DNA from: Salmonella phage ST64T | DNA length: 32,000 bases | Reading direction: 5' to 3' (one strand) | Sequence record: NC_004348.1 | In this document: positions 24,013 through 32,000 of the stretch, piece after piece | Layout of the letters: the number at the start of each line of letters is the position of its first letter | How positions within the stretch are numbered: the stretch's first letter is position 1 | The notes under the pieces: model-generated | Told to the model about the DNA's origin: nothing | The model's database searches: none | The model's input: the letters and a program-made list of their open reading frames with translations, nothing else | Translations under genes and position numbers: made by a program

Positions 24013-24651
24013 ATGGCAGACCCGTCACTTAATAAGCCTGTCGTGGTTCAGGCTACACGCATTGATGCATCTATTCTCCCTCGCAACATATTCAGTCAGT
24101 CTTACCTTCTGTATGTCATAAATCAGGGTACTGATGTTGGCTCCATTGCAGAAAAGGCAAATCAGGCAGGAGGCGGTGCTTATGATGCGCAGGTCAGAAA
24201 TGATGAGCAGGATTTAATTCTTGATGAGCACGAAAAAAGAATTGCAAAAACAGAAGAGGATATTTCAGGAATAAAAGTAAAGCTTCTTGAAATAGAGAAT
24301 GATGTTAATGGCCTGAAAATAAAAGTTCAGGATATCGAGGGTAAGGTATCAGAGATAATCGTTGATTATGTTTCACTCAGCAGAACAGGAACTCAAACTC
24401 TTTCCTCATCCCTTAGCGTATCAGGAAATTATTCTGTTAACGGTACAAAAGTTGTTGGCGCTCGCCAGACTGGATGGACCGCGGCAACAGGTACGGCGAA
24501 TAAAGGCGTATTCAATGCTGACCTGACATTCACCGTTAGCGATACTTACACGCAATCTGAAATACAGGCTATAGCCAATGCTCTAATTGCTGAGCGTCGG
24601 CGCACTAAGGCTTTGGAAGACACCTTGCGTGCACATGGGTTGATTGATTAA
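24013..24651 (+). CDS. 26: tail needle gp26
   Basis: [25 protein letters not shown]... C-terminus [37 protein letters not shown]. Confidence 0.96.
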   Translation: MADPSLNKPVVVQATRIDASILPRNIFSQSYLLYVINQGTDVGSIAEKANQAGGGAYDAQVRNDEQDLILDEHEKRIAKTEEDISGIKVKLLEIENDVNGLKIKVQDIEGKVSEIIVDYVSLSRTGTQTLSSSLSVSGNYSVNGTKVVGARQTGWTAATGTANKGVFNADLTFTVSDTYTQSEIQAIANALIAERRRTKALEDTLRAHGLID

Positions 24652-25106
24652 TGATTACATTTACTCCAACACGCAACATCGACCTGATAGAAACTGTCGG
24701 CAACCATCCTGACATTATTGCCGGGAGCAACAACGGTGACGGATACGACTACAAGCCTGAGTGCCGCTATTTCGAAGTGAACGTACATGGTCAGTTCGGT
24801 GGCATCGTGTATTACAACGAGATTCAGCCGCTGACCTTTGACTGCCACGCCATGTATCTGCCTGAGATTAGAGGATTCAGTAAGGAAATCGGGCTGACGT
24901 TCTGGCGATACATTCTCGCCAACACCACCGTTCAGTGCGTTACATCATTTGCTGCACGCAAATTTCGCCACGGTCAAATGTACTGCGCAATGATTGGCCT
25001 TAAGCGTGTAGGAACCATCAAGAAATACTTCAAAGGCGTGGATGACGTGACGTTTTACAGCGCCACACGCGAAGAACTAATCGACTTCCTGAATCACGGG
25101 AGATAG
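24651..25106 (+). CDS. 14: gp14, head/tail-associated protein
   Basis: 151 aa in the gp26-gp14-gp7 order. Confidence 0.85.
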   Translation: MITFTPTRNIDLIETVGNHPDIIAGSNNGDGYDYKPECRYFEVNVHGQFGGIVYYNEIQPLTFDCHAMYLPEIRGFSKEIGLTFWRYILANTTVQCVTSFAARKFRHGQMYCAMIGLKRVGTIKKYFKGVDDVTFYSATREELIDFLNHGR

Positions 25107-25108
25107 CC

Positions 25109-25798
25109 ATGTTATATGCATTTAAGCTGGGCAGGAAACTGCGCGGTGAGGAACCTCTTTACCCTGAAAAAGGCGGTAAAGGCGGCTCATCAAGCAGCGG
25201 AGCAAAAGAGGCCGCAAGAGCAACACAGTACGCCGCAGACCTGCAAAACCAACAATTCAATCGCGTGATGGAACAGTTGGCACCTTACGCCGCCGCAGGT
25301 TTGCCGGCTCTCCAGCAGATTCAGCAGCTATCAACGCTGGAAGGTCAGAACAGCGCTCTCAATCAGTATTACAACTCAGACCAGTATAAACAGTTGGCTG
25401 ATCAGGCTCGCTATCAAAGCCTGAATGCAGCGGAAGCCACCGGAGGTCTTGGCTCTACAGCAACATCAAACCAAATTGCATCCATTGCACCAACGCTCGG
25501 GCAGAACTGGTTGTCAGGGCAGATGCAAAACTATGGCAACCTGTTAAACGTTGGTCAGTCTGCGGCAGCAGGCCAGGCATCGGCAGGACAGAACTATGCA
25601 AATAACGCAGGTAATCTTGCGCAACAGATGGCGGCGATCCGCTCTCAGGGTTCTGGTCAATCAACGCTTGGAAGTGCCATTAGCGGTGGTACAAGTGGTG
25701 CTCTTGCAGGAGCTGGTCTTGCCGGGATGCTTGGTGCATCGACGCCATGGGGTGCTGGTATTGGCGCAGGTATCGGATTGCTTGGCTCACTCTTCTAA
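25109..25798 (+). CDS. 7: DNA ejection protein gp7
   Basis: 229 aa, MLYAFKLGRKLRGEEPLYPEKGGKGG..., Gly-rich C-terminus. Confidence 0.93.
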   Translation: MLYAFKLGRKLRGEEPLYPEKGGKGGSSSSGAKEAARATQYAADLQNQQFNRVMEQLAPYAAAGLPALQQIQQLSTLEGQNSALNQYYNSDQYKQLADQARYQSLNAAEATGGLGSTATSNQIASIAPTLGQNWLSGQMQNYGNLLNVGQSAAAGQASAGQNYANNAGNLAQQMAAIRSQGSGQSTLGSAISGGTSGALAGAGLAGMLGASTPWGAGIGAGIGLLGSLF

Positions 25799-25807
25799 GG
25801 AGTTATC

Positions 25808-27142
25808 GTGGCTACATTTCAACTTGCTGGTTTGCCATCAATGCAGGTGGCGAACCAGAACGCTCCCGGGCAGCCATCACTATCAAACTACGACTTTAGC
25901 CAGCGACCAAACGTTGGAGTTCAACTTGCTCAGGGTCTTGGTGCAGTTGGTCAGGCAATGAGGCTTTCTGACTTTCAAAAAGCTTTCGGTCAGGCTTATG
26001 CGGCAGGTGACCGCGATGCCTTGCGTCAACTTGCGGCCACCAATCCAGACCAGATTGAAACAATTCGTCAGGGCATGGGGTTTGTTGATGCTGATCGCAA
26101 TCAGGCAATGGGAGATATGTCTGCACGATTGAACATTGCCGCCGCTCAGGGGCCTGAAGCGGTGATGCGAGAGCTTGCCACTCACCATAATACACTGCAG
26201 CAAATTGGCGTATCTCCTGAACAGGCGTGGCAGACATATCAACAAAGCCCTGAAGGCTTCACGCAGTTAACAGACCTTATTGGAATGCACGCGGTAGGAC
26301 CAGAAAAGTATTTTGATATTCAGGACAAGTTGACAGGTCGCGAGATTGATCGAGGTCGACTTGCTGAAACAATCCGCAGCAATAAAGCAGGGGAAGGACT
26401 TCAGGCTCGCGGGCAAAATATTACTATGCGCGGACAAGACATGTCAGCCTCTACAGCCCGCCGCGGTCAGGATTTGGCAATGCAAAGGGCAAACGCCAGA
26501 ACGATATCAGGAGTTGAGGGGAATCGGGTCGTTCAGCTTGCAGATGGTAGAACAGTCAACATTGACGGAAAACTTCACGGCGCAGGGGCTAATGCATTTT
26601 ACGAAGGTATTGACGATAACGGCAATATGGTTCGTGTCCCAGCAAGTGCTATTGCAGCGCCTCCAACGTCTGCAGCAAGCGCACAGAACTACGCGATGAA
26701 GAAAGACATTGACGCAATCGCAAATGCAGATGCTTCTGCTCTCGATTTCATGACTGGCATGACTGGAGGAGCAGGAAATCCGGCAATTGGTGCAGATGTT
26801 CGCAGCCGACTCACAGGCAAAGAACAACGACAGTTATATAACTCCGCACAACGTATTCAGGGAAGAATGCAGAATCAGGGCGTGGCAGCAGCAAGAGATA
26901 TGGGTGCTAGCGGTATCAACACCATTGCAGAAGCAAAGATGTATTTTCAGGGTATGCCGCAGGTTGACTACTCAAGCCCGGAGGCTATGCAGCAGTCGAT
27001 TCGTGAGATTCAGGAATACACCAACAATTATAACAAGCAGTACAACGTTAATGTTGGTAAATCGCAGTATCAGCAATCTCAACCTGTACAGGAATCACAG
27101 CCTGCATCCAACAGCAACTTTTCTTCACTATGGGGTGATTAA
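25808..27142 (+). CDS. 20: DNA ejection protein gp20
   Basis: 444 aa, Gln/Ala-rich, correct order. Confidence 0.9.
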   Translation: MATFQLAGLPSMQVANQNAPGQPSLSNYDFSQRPNVGVQLAQGLGAVGQAMRLSDFQKAFGQAYAAGDRDALRQLAATNPDQIETIRQGMGFVDADRNQAMGDMSARLNIAAAQGPEAVMRELATHHNTLQQIGVSPEQAWQTYQQSPEGFTQLTDLIGMHAVGPEKYFDIQDKLTGREIDRGRLAETIRSNKAGEGLQARGQNITMRGQDMSASTARRGQDLAMQRANARTISGVEGNRVVQLADGRTVNIDGKLHGAGANAFYEGIDDNGNMVRVPASAIAAPPTSAASAQNYAMKKDIDAIANADASALDFMTGMTGGAGNPAIGADVRSRLTGKEQRQLYNSAQRIQGRMQNQGVAAARDMGASGINTIAEAKMYFQGMPQVDYSSPEAMQQSIREIQEYTNNYNKQYNVNVGKSQYQQSQPVQESQPASNSNFSSLWGD

Positions 27143-29118
27143 TGGCTAAGGCATGGAAAGACGTTATTGCCTCTCAAAAGTACCAGGCATTAGCACCAGA
27201 GCAGAAAGCACAGGCGCAGGAGCAATACTTCAATGAAGTAGTAGCACCGCAAGCCGGAAACGATGCCGAACAGGCTAAACAGGCTTTCTATGCTGCTTAT
27301 CCACCTCCAACGGCTCAACAACCAGCAAAACAACCACATGGACCGGCGCAGCCACAGCAACAAGGTGGCTTCATGTCTGACCTTAGCAATGCTGCTGCGG
27401 AGACGGGGCGTGGATTGCTTCAGGCTGGCGTTAATCTGGCAAATATCCCGGCATCAATGGCTGATGCAGTCGCCAGCGCCGGGGCATGGGCTGGTCAGAA
27501 GCTTGGCATTGGTGACGGAACTTATCAGCCATCGCCTCGCGTCACGACACAAGGACTTGAGCAGGACTTTGGCTTGCAACAAGGTGCGCTTACTCCACAG
27601 ACGACAGAAGGCAAAATCTTCTCTGAAGCACTGCCATATTTGACTCCTGTTGGGGCCGAGAGAATTGCAGCGCAGGCATCATCTATTGCCGGTCGAGTTG
27701 CTCAGGGTGCATCACGCTTGTTGGCGGAGAACGCTGTTGGTTCATTGGCTGCAAACAGTGAGCGTGATAATCCAGGAGCACTGGCAACAGACTTAGGAAC
27801 TGGTGTTGCATTAGGCGGGGCAATAAATCAGTTAGGCCGTGCCGCTGGTGCTGCTTATCGTGGGATTCGCGGGACGATCGCACCAGAAGCGCAGCAGGCT
27901 ATTCAGTTCGCTAATGCTGCTGATGTTCCTTTGCATACAACTGACGTTTTGCAGCCAAATTCCCGCGTCGGGCGCATGGCACAGACCACCGCTGAAAACA
28001 TCCCATTTGCTGGAACAAGCACTATGCGAGCTAATCAGCAAGAAGCGCGCAGCCAGTTGGTAGATGAATTTGCATCACGGTTTGGTGAGTATGATCCGTC
28101 AATTGTTATTGGCAGCCTGAAGGCAAAAACATCAGGAATTCGGAAAGCAGCAGGGAACCGTCTTGAGCAAGTTCAGAGCGCAATGACAGGAGTCAACATT
28201 CAGCCAACGCGAGCAATTCAGCAGATAGATGATGAGATTGGAAAACTGCAAAAATTAGGACAAGTTGCCGACACGGATACAATTAGCAAACTTCAGGCAT
28301 ACAGGAATGAATTGGCTAAAGGTGATGTTAACCTGGAACAGTTAAGCAGACTGAGAACGCAGTTTAGGATGGATGTCAGAGGAGAAAGGACACAAATGCC
28401 ACCGCCAGCTGAGGCGGCAGTGCAGCGTGTATACAGGGCAATGACAGGAGACATTGATAACTCCATTGGCCAGAACCTTGGAAACGACACTCTGCGCAGA
28501 TACAAGCAGGCCAATGCGGTATACGCAGATGAGGCTAGTAAGCTCCAGAATACCCGCTTGAAGAACGTTCTGATGAAAGGGGATCTAACTCCTGAAGTTG
28601 TCAACAACATGTTGTTCAGCAAGAATAAATCAGAAGTTCAGAATCTGTACCGGTCAGTCGGTCAGGTGGGACGCGCTCAGATGCGTAACGGCATCATCGG
28701 AAAGGCTATGGAGAAATCAGGCGGTTCTCCGGATCAGTTCCTGCGCCAGGTTAATTTAATGTCTACCCAGACGGGAATCGCTTTTAAAGGACGAGATGCT
28801 GCGTATCTGAAAGGACTGAAGAACTATCTTGAGTCAACCAAGCGTGCTGGTCAGGCAGGAGTAACAACGCCTACAGGTCAGCAAACTATACCGTTCATCC
28901 TAGGTATTGGAACGGTAACTACCCCTGCGCTGGTAGGTGTTGGTGGCGGGTATGGTTTGCTGGCAAGAATGTATGAGAGTGAACCAGCACGTAATGCAAT
29001 GCTTCGCCTGGCTAATACTCCACGTGGTTCTACCGCATTCGAGAAAGCGTTAGCCGAAGTTGAGCGGGCTGTTAACTCTGTTGCTCAAGGTGCTAAATCA
29101 GATGCATTAAGCGAATAG
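27142..29118 (+). CDS. 16: DNA ejection protein gp16
   Basis: 658 aa, [39 protein letters not shown]; last of the ejection genes. Confidence 0.9.
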   Translation: MAKAWKDVIASQKYQALAPEQKAQAQEQYFNEVVAPQAGNDAEQAKQAFYAAYPPPTAQQPAKQPHGPAQPQQQGGFMSDLSNAAAETGRGLLQAGVNLANIPASMADAVASAGAWAGQKLGIGDGTYQPSPRVTTQGLEQDFGLQQGALTPQTTEGKIFSEALPYLTPVGAERIAAQASSIAGRVAQGASRLLAENAVGSLAANSERDNPGALATDLGTGVALGGAINQLGRAAGAAYRGIRGTIAPEAQQAIQFANAADVPLHTTDVLQPNSRVGRMAQTTAENIPFAGTSTMRANQQEARSQLVDEFASRFGEYDPSIVIGSLKAKTSGIRKAAGNRLEQVQSAMTGVNIQPTRAIQQIDDEIGKLQKLGQVADTDTISKLQAYRNELAKGDVNLEQLSRLRTQFRMDVRGERTQMPPPAEAAVQRVYRAMTGDIDNSIGQNLGNDTLRRYKQANAVYADEASKLQNTRLKNVLMKGDLTPEVVNNMLFSKNKSEVQNLYRSVGQVGRAQMRNGIIGKAMEKSGGSPDQFLRQVNLMSTQTGIAFKGRDAAYLKGLKNYLESTKRAGQAGVTTPTGQQTIPFILGIGTVTTPALVGVGGGYGLLARMYESEPARNAMLRLANTPRGSTAFEKALAEVERAVNSVAQGAKSDALSE

Positions 29119-29178
29119 CAGTCTACCAACTACGATGCCGAAGATAAGGAATGCAAAGTTCAATAAGTCTCTGTTCAT
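29107..29178 (-). CDS. candidate 23-aa hydrophobic peptide (MNRDLLNFAFLIFGIVVGRLLFA)
   Basis: Hand-translated; one predicted TM helix; purine-rich GAGGA upstream of the ATG; overlaps the gp16 3' end antisense. Confidence 0.35.
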   Translation of the reverse strand: MNRDLLNFAFLIFGIVVGRLLFA

Positions 29179-29256
29179 AAATCCTCGTAGGAACCAATAG
29201 AGATCATTCTTTGATCTATATATTATCTGAATCCCTTACTTAATTGGGTGATGATA

Positions 29257-29550
29257 ATGAAAAAAGGTGTGATGGTTGGCTGTTTTTGTGTATTTCTCGC
29301 TGGGTGCGCTACAGCAACAAAAACGTATGCTCCAGATGGAAGAGAGGCATATACCATAGAATGCTCTGGAGTAGGTGGTTCATGGGCTATGTGTCAGGCC
29401 AAGGCCGGAGATCTTTGTGGTTCAAAAGGCTATGACCTGATTAGCACTGGTAGTGATCAGGGAGCTATTGCAAACATTGACGGAAGTACTGGCAACGCAT
29501 TTGCAACAAACACCATATCAAGAAGCATGTATATAGCTTGCAAAAAATGA
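29257..29550 (+). CDS. small lipoprotein, probable moron (YecR-like)
   Basis: MKKGVMVGCFCVFLAGCATATKTYAPDG: signal peptide with lipobox LAGC. Confidence 0.75.
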   Translation: MKKGVMVGCFCVFLAGCATATKTYAPDGREAYTIECSGVGGSWAMCQAKAGDLCGSKGYDLISTGSDQGAIANIDGSTGNAFATNTISRSMYIACKK

Positions 29551-29554
29551 GTAA

Positions 29555-29580
29555 AGCCCGGTTCGCCGGGCTATTTTTTT
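29555..29580 (+). terminator. intrinsic terminator after the lipoprotein gene
   Basis: AGCCCGG-TTCG-CCGGGCT-ATTTTTTT. Confidence 0.93.
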
Positions 29581-29819
29581 CGATAGAAATCTTTCAACTT
29601 TTCGAATACTAATTCTTGAATTTCTCTGGATACGATGTCTGCTTCGCGTTCAGCATCATCCCTGTATCCGATTACAGGCGTAGGCTTTTCAAGTGAATCA
29701 GCCACTATCTGCACTAGCTCTGCATTTAGTGACCTTCCGTTTGCCTTTGCCCTCTGCTTAACCTTTTCTTTCAGCTCGTAGGGTAGCCTGAGGTTAAATT
29801 GCGGGTCATCTCTTCCCAT
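29571..29819 (-). CDS. mnt: Mnt-like ribbon-helix-helix repressor
   Basis: 82 aa MGRDDPQFNLRLPYELKEKVKQRAKANGRSLNAELVQIVADSLEKPTPVIGYRDDAEREAD; the same layout as P22 Mnt (MARDDPHFNFRMP...NGRSMNSELLQIVQ). Confidence 0.92.
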   Translation of the reverse strand: MGRDDPQFNLRLPYELKEKVKQRAKANGRSLNAELVQIVADSLEKPTPVIGYRDDAEREADIVSREIQELVFEKLKDFYRKK

Positions 29820-29880
29820 TTCTGATGCCTCACTTTTGTAAGTGGATCGGCATCATATGATCTACTGGTTATATCCACAA

Positions 29881-29899
29881 TAAGACCACCGTGGTCTTA
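29881..29899. promoter_or_regulatory. candidate Mnt operator
   Basis: Perfect 9-bp-arm palindrome TAAGACCAC-C-GTGGTCTTA between mnt and the tailspike gene. Confidence 0.75.
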
Positions 29900-29954
29900 A
29901 TGACGCATTGCCGTAGCCACGCTGCGGCGATTCCTTGCATCTGGAGCACATTAA

Positions 29955-31958
29955 ATGACAGATATCACTGCCAACGTAGTTGTTTCTAACCCTCGCCCAA
30001 TCTTTACTGAATCCCGTTCGTTTAAAGCTGTTGCTAATGGGAAAATTTACATTGGTCAGATTGATACCGATCCGGTTAATCCTGCCAATCAGATACCCGT
30101 ATACATTGAAAATGAGGATGGCTCTCACGTCCAGATTGCTCAGCCGCTAATTATCAACGCAGCCGGTAAAATCGTATACAACGGCCAACTGGTGAAAATT
30201 GTCACCGTTCAGGGTCATAGCATGGCTATCTATGATGCCAATGGTTCTCAGGTTGACTATATTGCTAACGTATTGAAGTACGATCCAGATCAATATTCAA
30301 TAGAAGCTGATAAAAAATTTAAGTATTCAGTAAAATTATCAGATTATCCAACATTGCAGGATGCAGCATCTGCTGCGGTTGATGGCCTTCTTATCGATGT
30401 TGATTATCATTTTTATAATGGAGAGAAAGTTGATTTTGGTGGTAAGGTTCTGACTATAGAATGTAAAGCTAAGTTTATAGGAGATGGAAATCTTATTTTT
30501 ACGAAATTAGGCAAAGGTTCCCGCATTGCCGGGGTTTTTATGGAAAGCACTACAACACCATGGGTTATCAAGCCTTGGACGGATGACAATCAGTGGCTAA
30601 CGGATGCCGCAGCGGTCGTTGCCACTTTAAAACAATCGAAAACCGATGGGTATCAGCCAACCGTAAGCGATTACGTTAAATTCCCAGGAATAGAAACGTT
30701 ACTCCCACCTAATGCAAAAGGGCAAAACATAACGTCTACGTTAGAAATTAGAGAATGTATAGGGGTCGAAGTTCATCGGGCTAGCGGTCTAATGGCTGGT
30801 TTTTTGTTTAGAGGGTGTCACTTCTGCAAGATGGTAGACGCCAATAATCCAAGCGGAGGTAAAGATGGCATTATAACCTTCGAAAACCTTAGCGGCGATT
30901 GGGGTAAGGGTAACTATGTCATTGGCGGACGAACCAGCTATGGATCAGTAAGTAGCGCCCAATTTTTACGTAATAATGGTGGCTTTGAACGTGATGGTGG
31001 AGTTATTGGGTTTACTTCATATCGCGCTGGGGAGAGTGGTGTTAAAACTTGGCAAGGTACTGTGGGCTCGACAACCTCTCGCAACTATAATCTGCAATTC
31101 CGCGACTCGGTCGTTATTTACCCCGTATGGGACGGATTCGATTTAGGTGCTGACACTGACATGAATCCGGAGTTGGACAGGCCTGGGGACTACCCTATAA
31201 CCCAATACCCACTGCATCAGTTACCCCTAAATCACCTGATTGATAATCTTCTGGTTCGCGGGGCGTTAGGTGTAGGTTTTGGTATGGATGGTAAGGGCAT
31301 GTATGTGTCTAATATTACCGTAGAAGATTGCGCTGGCTCTGGCGCGTACCTACTCACCCATGAATCAGTATTTACCAATATAGCCATAATTGATACCAAT
31401 ACTAAGGATTTCCAGGCTAATCAGATTTATATATCTGGGGCTTGCCGTGTGAACGGTTTACGTTTAATTGGGATCCGCTCAACCGATGGGCAGGGTCTAA
31501 CCATAGACGCCCCTAACTCTACCGTAAGCGGTATCACCGGGATGGTAGACCCCTCTAGAATTAATGTTGCTAATTTGGCAGAAGAAGGGTTAGGTAATAT
31601 CCGCGCTAATAGTTTCGGCTATGATAGCGCAGCGATTAAACTGCGGATTCATAAGTTATCAAAGACCTTAGATAGCGGAGCATTGTACTCCCACATTAAC
31701 GTGGGGCCCGGTTCTGGCTCAGCGTGGACTCAACTTACTGCTATTTCAGGTAACACACCTGACGCTGTATCATTAAAAGTTAACCACAAAGATTGCAGGG
31801 GGGCAGAGATACCATTTGTCCCTGACATCGCGTCAGATGATTTTATAAAGGATTCCTCATGTTTTTTGCCATATTGGGAAAATAATTCTACTTCTTTAAA
31901 GGCTTTAGTGAAAAAACCCAATGGAGAATTAGTTAGATTAACCTTAGCAACACTTTAG
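29955..31958 (+). CDS. 9: tailspike / O-antigen endorhamnosidase (P22 gp9)
   Basis: 667 aa; N-terminal head-binding domain [40 protein letters not shown], and a catalytic beta-helix reading as P22 tailspike. Confidence 0.98.
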   Translation: MTDITANVVVSNPRPIFTESRSFKAVANGKIYIGQIDTDPVNPANQIPVYIENEDGSHVQIAQPLIINAAGKIVYNGQLVKIVTVQGHSMAIYDANGSQVDYIANVLKYDPDQYSIEADKKFKYSVKLSDYPTLQDAASAAVDGLLIDVDYHFYNGEKVDFGGKVLTIECKAKFIGDGNLIFTKLGKGSRIAGVFMESTTTPWVIKPWTDDNQWLTDAAAVVATLKQSKTDGYQPTVSDYVKFPGIETLLPPNAKGQNITSTLEIRECIGVEVHRASGLMAGFLFRGCHFCKMVDANNPSGGKDGIITFENLSGDWGKGNYVIGGRTSYGSVSSAQFLRNNGGFERDGGVIGFTSYRAGESGVKTWQGTVGSTTSRNYNLQFRDSVVIYPVWDGFDLGADTDMNPELDRPGDYPITQYPLHQLPLNHLIDNLLVRGALGVGFGMDGKGMYVSNITVEDCAGSGAYLLTHESVFTNIAIIDTNTKDFQANQIYISGACRVNGLRLIGIRSTDGQGLTIDAPNSTVSGITGMVDPSRINVANLAEEGLGNIRANSFGYDSAAIKLRIHKLSKTLDSGALYSHINVGPGSGSAWTQLTAISGNTPDAVSLKVNHKDCRGAEIPFVPDIASDDFIKDSSCFLPYWENNSTSLKALVKKPNGELVRLTLATL

Positions 31959-31967
31959 ATATGTAAT

Positions 31968-31998
31968 AAAAATGGGTGTAAACACCCATTTTTATTTT
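31968..31998 (+). terminator. intrinsic terminator after the tailspike gene
   Basis: AAAAATGGGTGT-AA-ACACCCATTTTT. Confidence 0.9.
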
Positions 31999-32000
31999 AT

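Noticed and set aside
25551-27149. Alternate-frame ORFs in the gp7/gp20 region (25551-25961, 25883-26245, 25896-26237, 26346-26699, 26507-26827, 26787-27149)
   Set aside because: They shadow the clear gp7 and gp20 frames and have a Gln/Arg-rich or Cys-rich composition typical of frame-shifted readings.
29955-31958. A novel receptor-binding specificity in the tailspike
   Set aside because: Both the head-binding domain and the beta-helix read as classic P22 gp9, so the expected O-antigen specificity is the known one.

Overview
The window is almost entirely a lambdoid, P22-like Salmonella podovirus genome or prophage. It runs from the leftward early operon through the immunity, replication, nin and lysis regions to the complete head, DNA-ejection and tailspike block.

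Left arm (minus strand): small ORFs, a Rad52/22-family annealing protein in the usual erf position, kil, cIII, a P22 gp17-like gene, a pentapeptide-repeat gene built on a near-perfect 15-bp tandem repeat, and a P22 gene 24/N antiterminator with both nut sites readable. Immunity and replication: cI, cro, cII, orf48, an 18-like initiator carrying iterons, and a DnaB-like gene 12. The nin block contains ninB, ninE, ninX, ninF, a DUF1364-like gene, rusA and ninH, followed by a Q21-type antiterminator, pR', a very short terminated leader, a tRNA-Asn and a degenerate tRNA-like element.

The lysis cassette has a possible dual-start holin, an M15-type endopeptidase and nested Rz/Rz1. Structural genes follow in P22 order (3, 2, 1, 8, 5, extra ORF, 4, 10, 26, 14, 7, 20, 16), then a lipoprotein moron, an Mnt-like repressor with a palindromic candidate operator, and a P22-type tailspike.

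I found no clear evidence of a wholly new defence or mobile system. The best second-look targets are the pentapeptide minisatellite, the structured non-coding gap beside it, the late leader with its tRNA-like elements, the HExxH protein upstream of the terminase, and the reduced immI region upstream of the tailspike. Family names were assigned by recognition from memory, with no database search.
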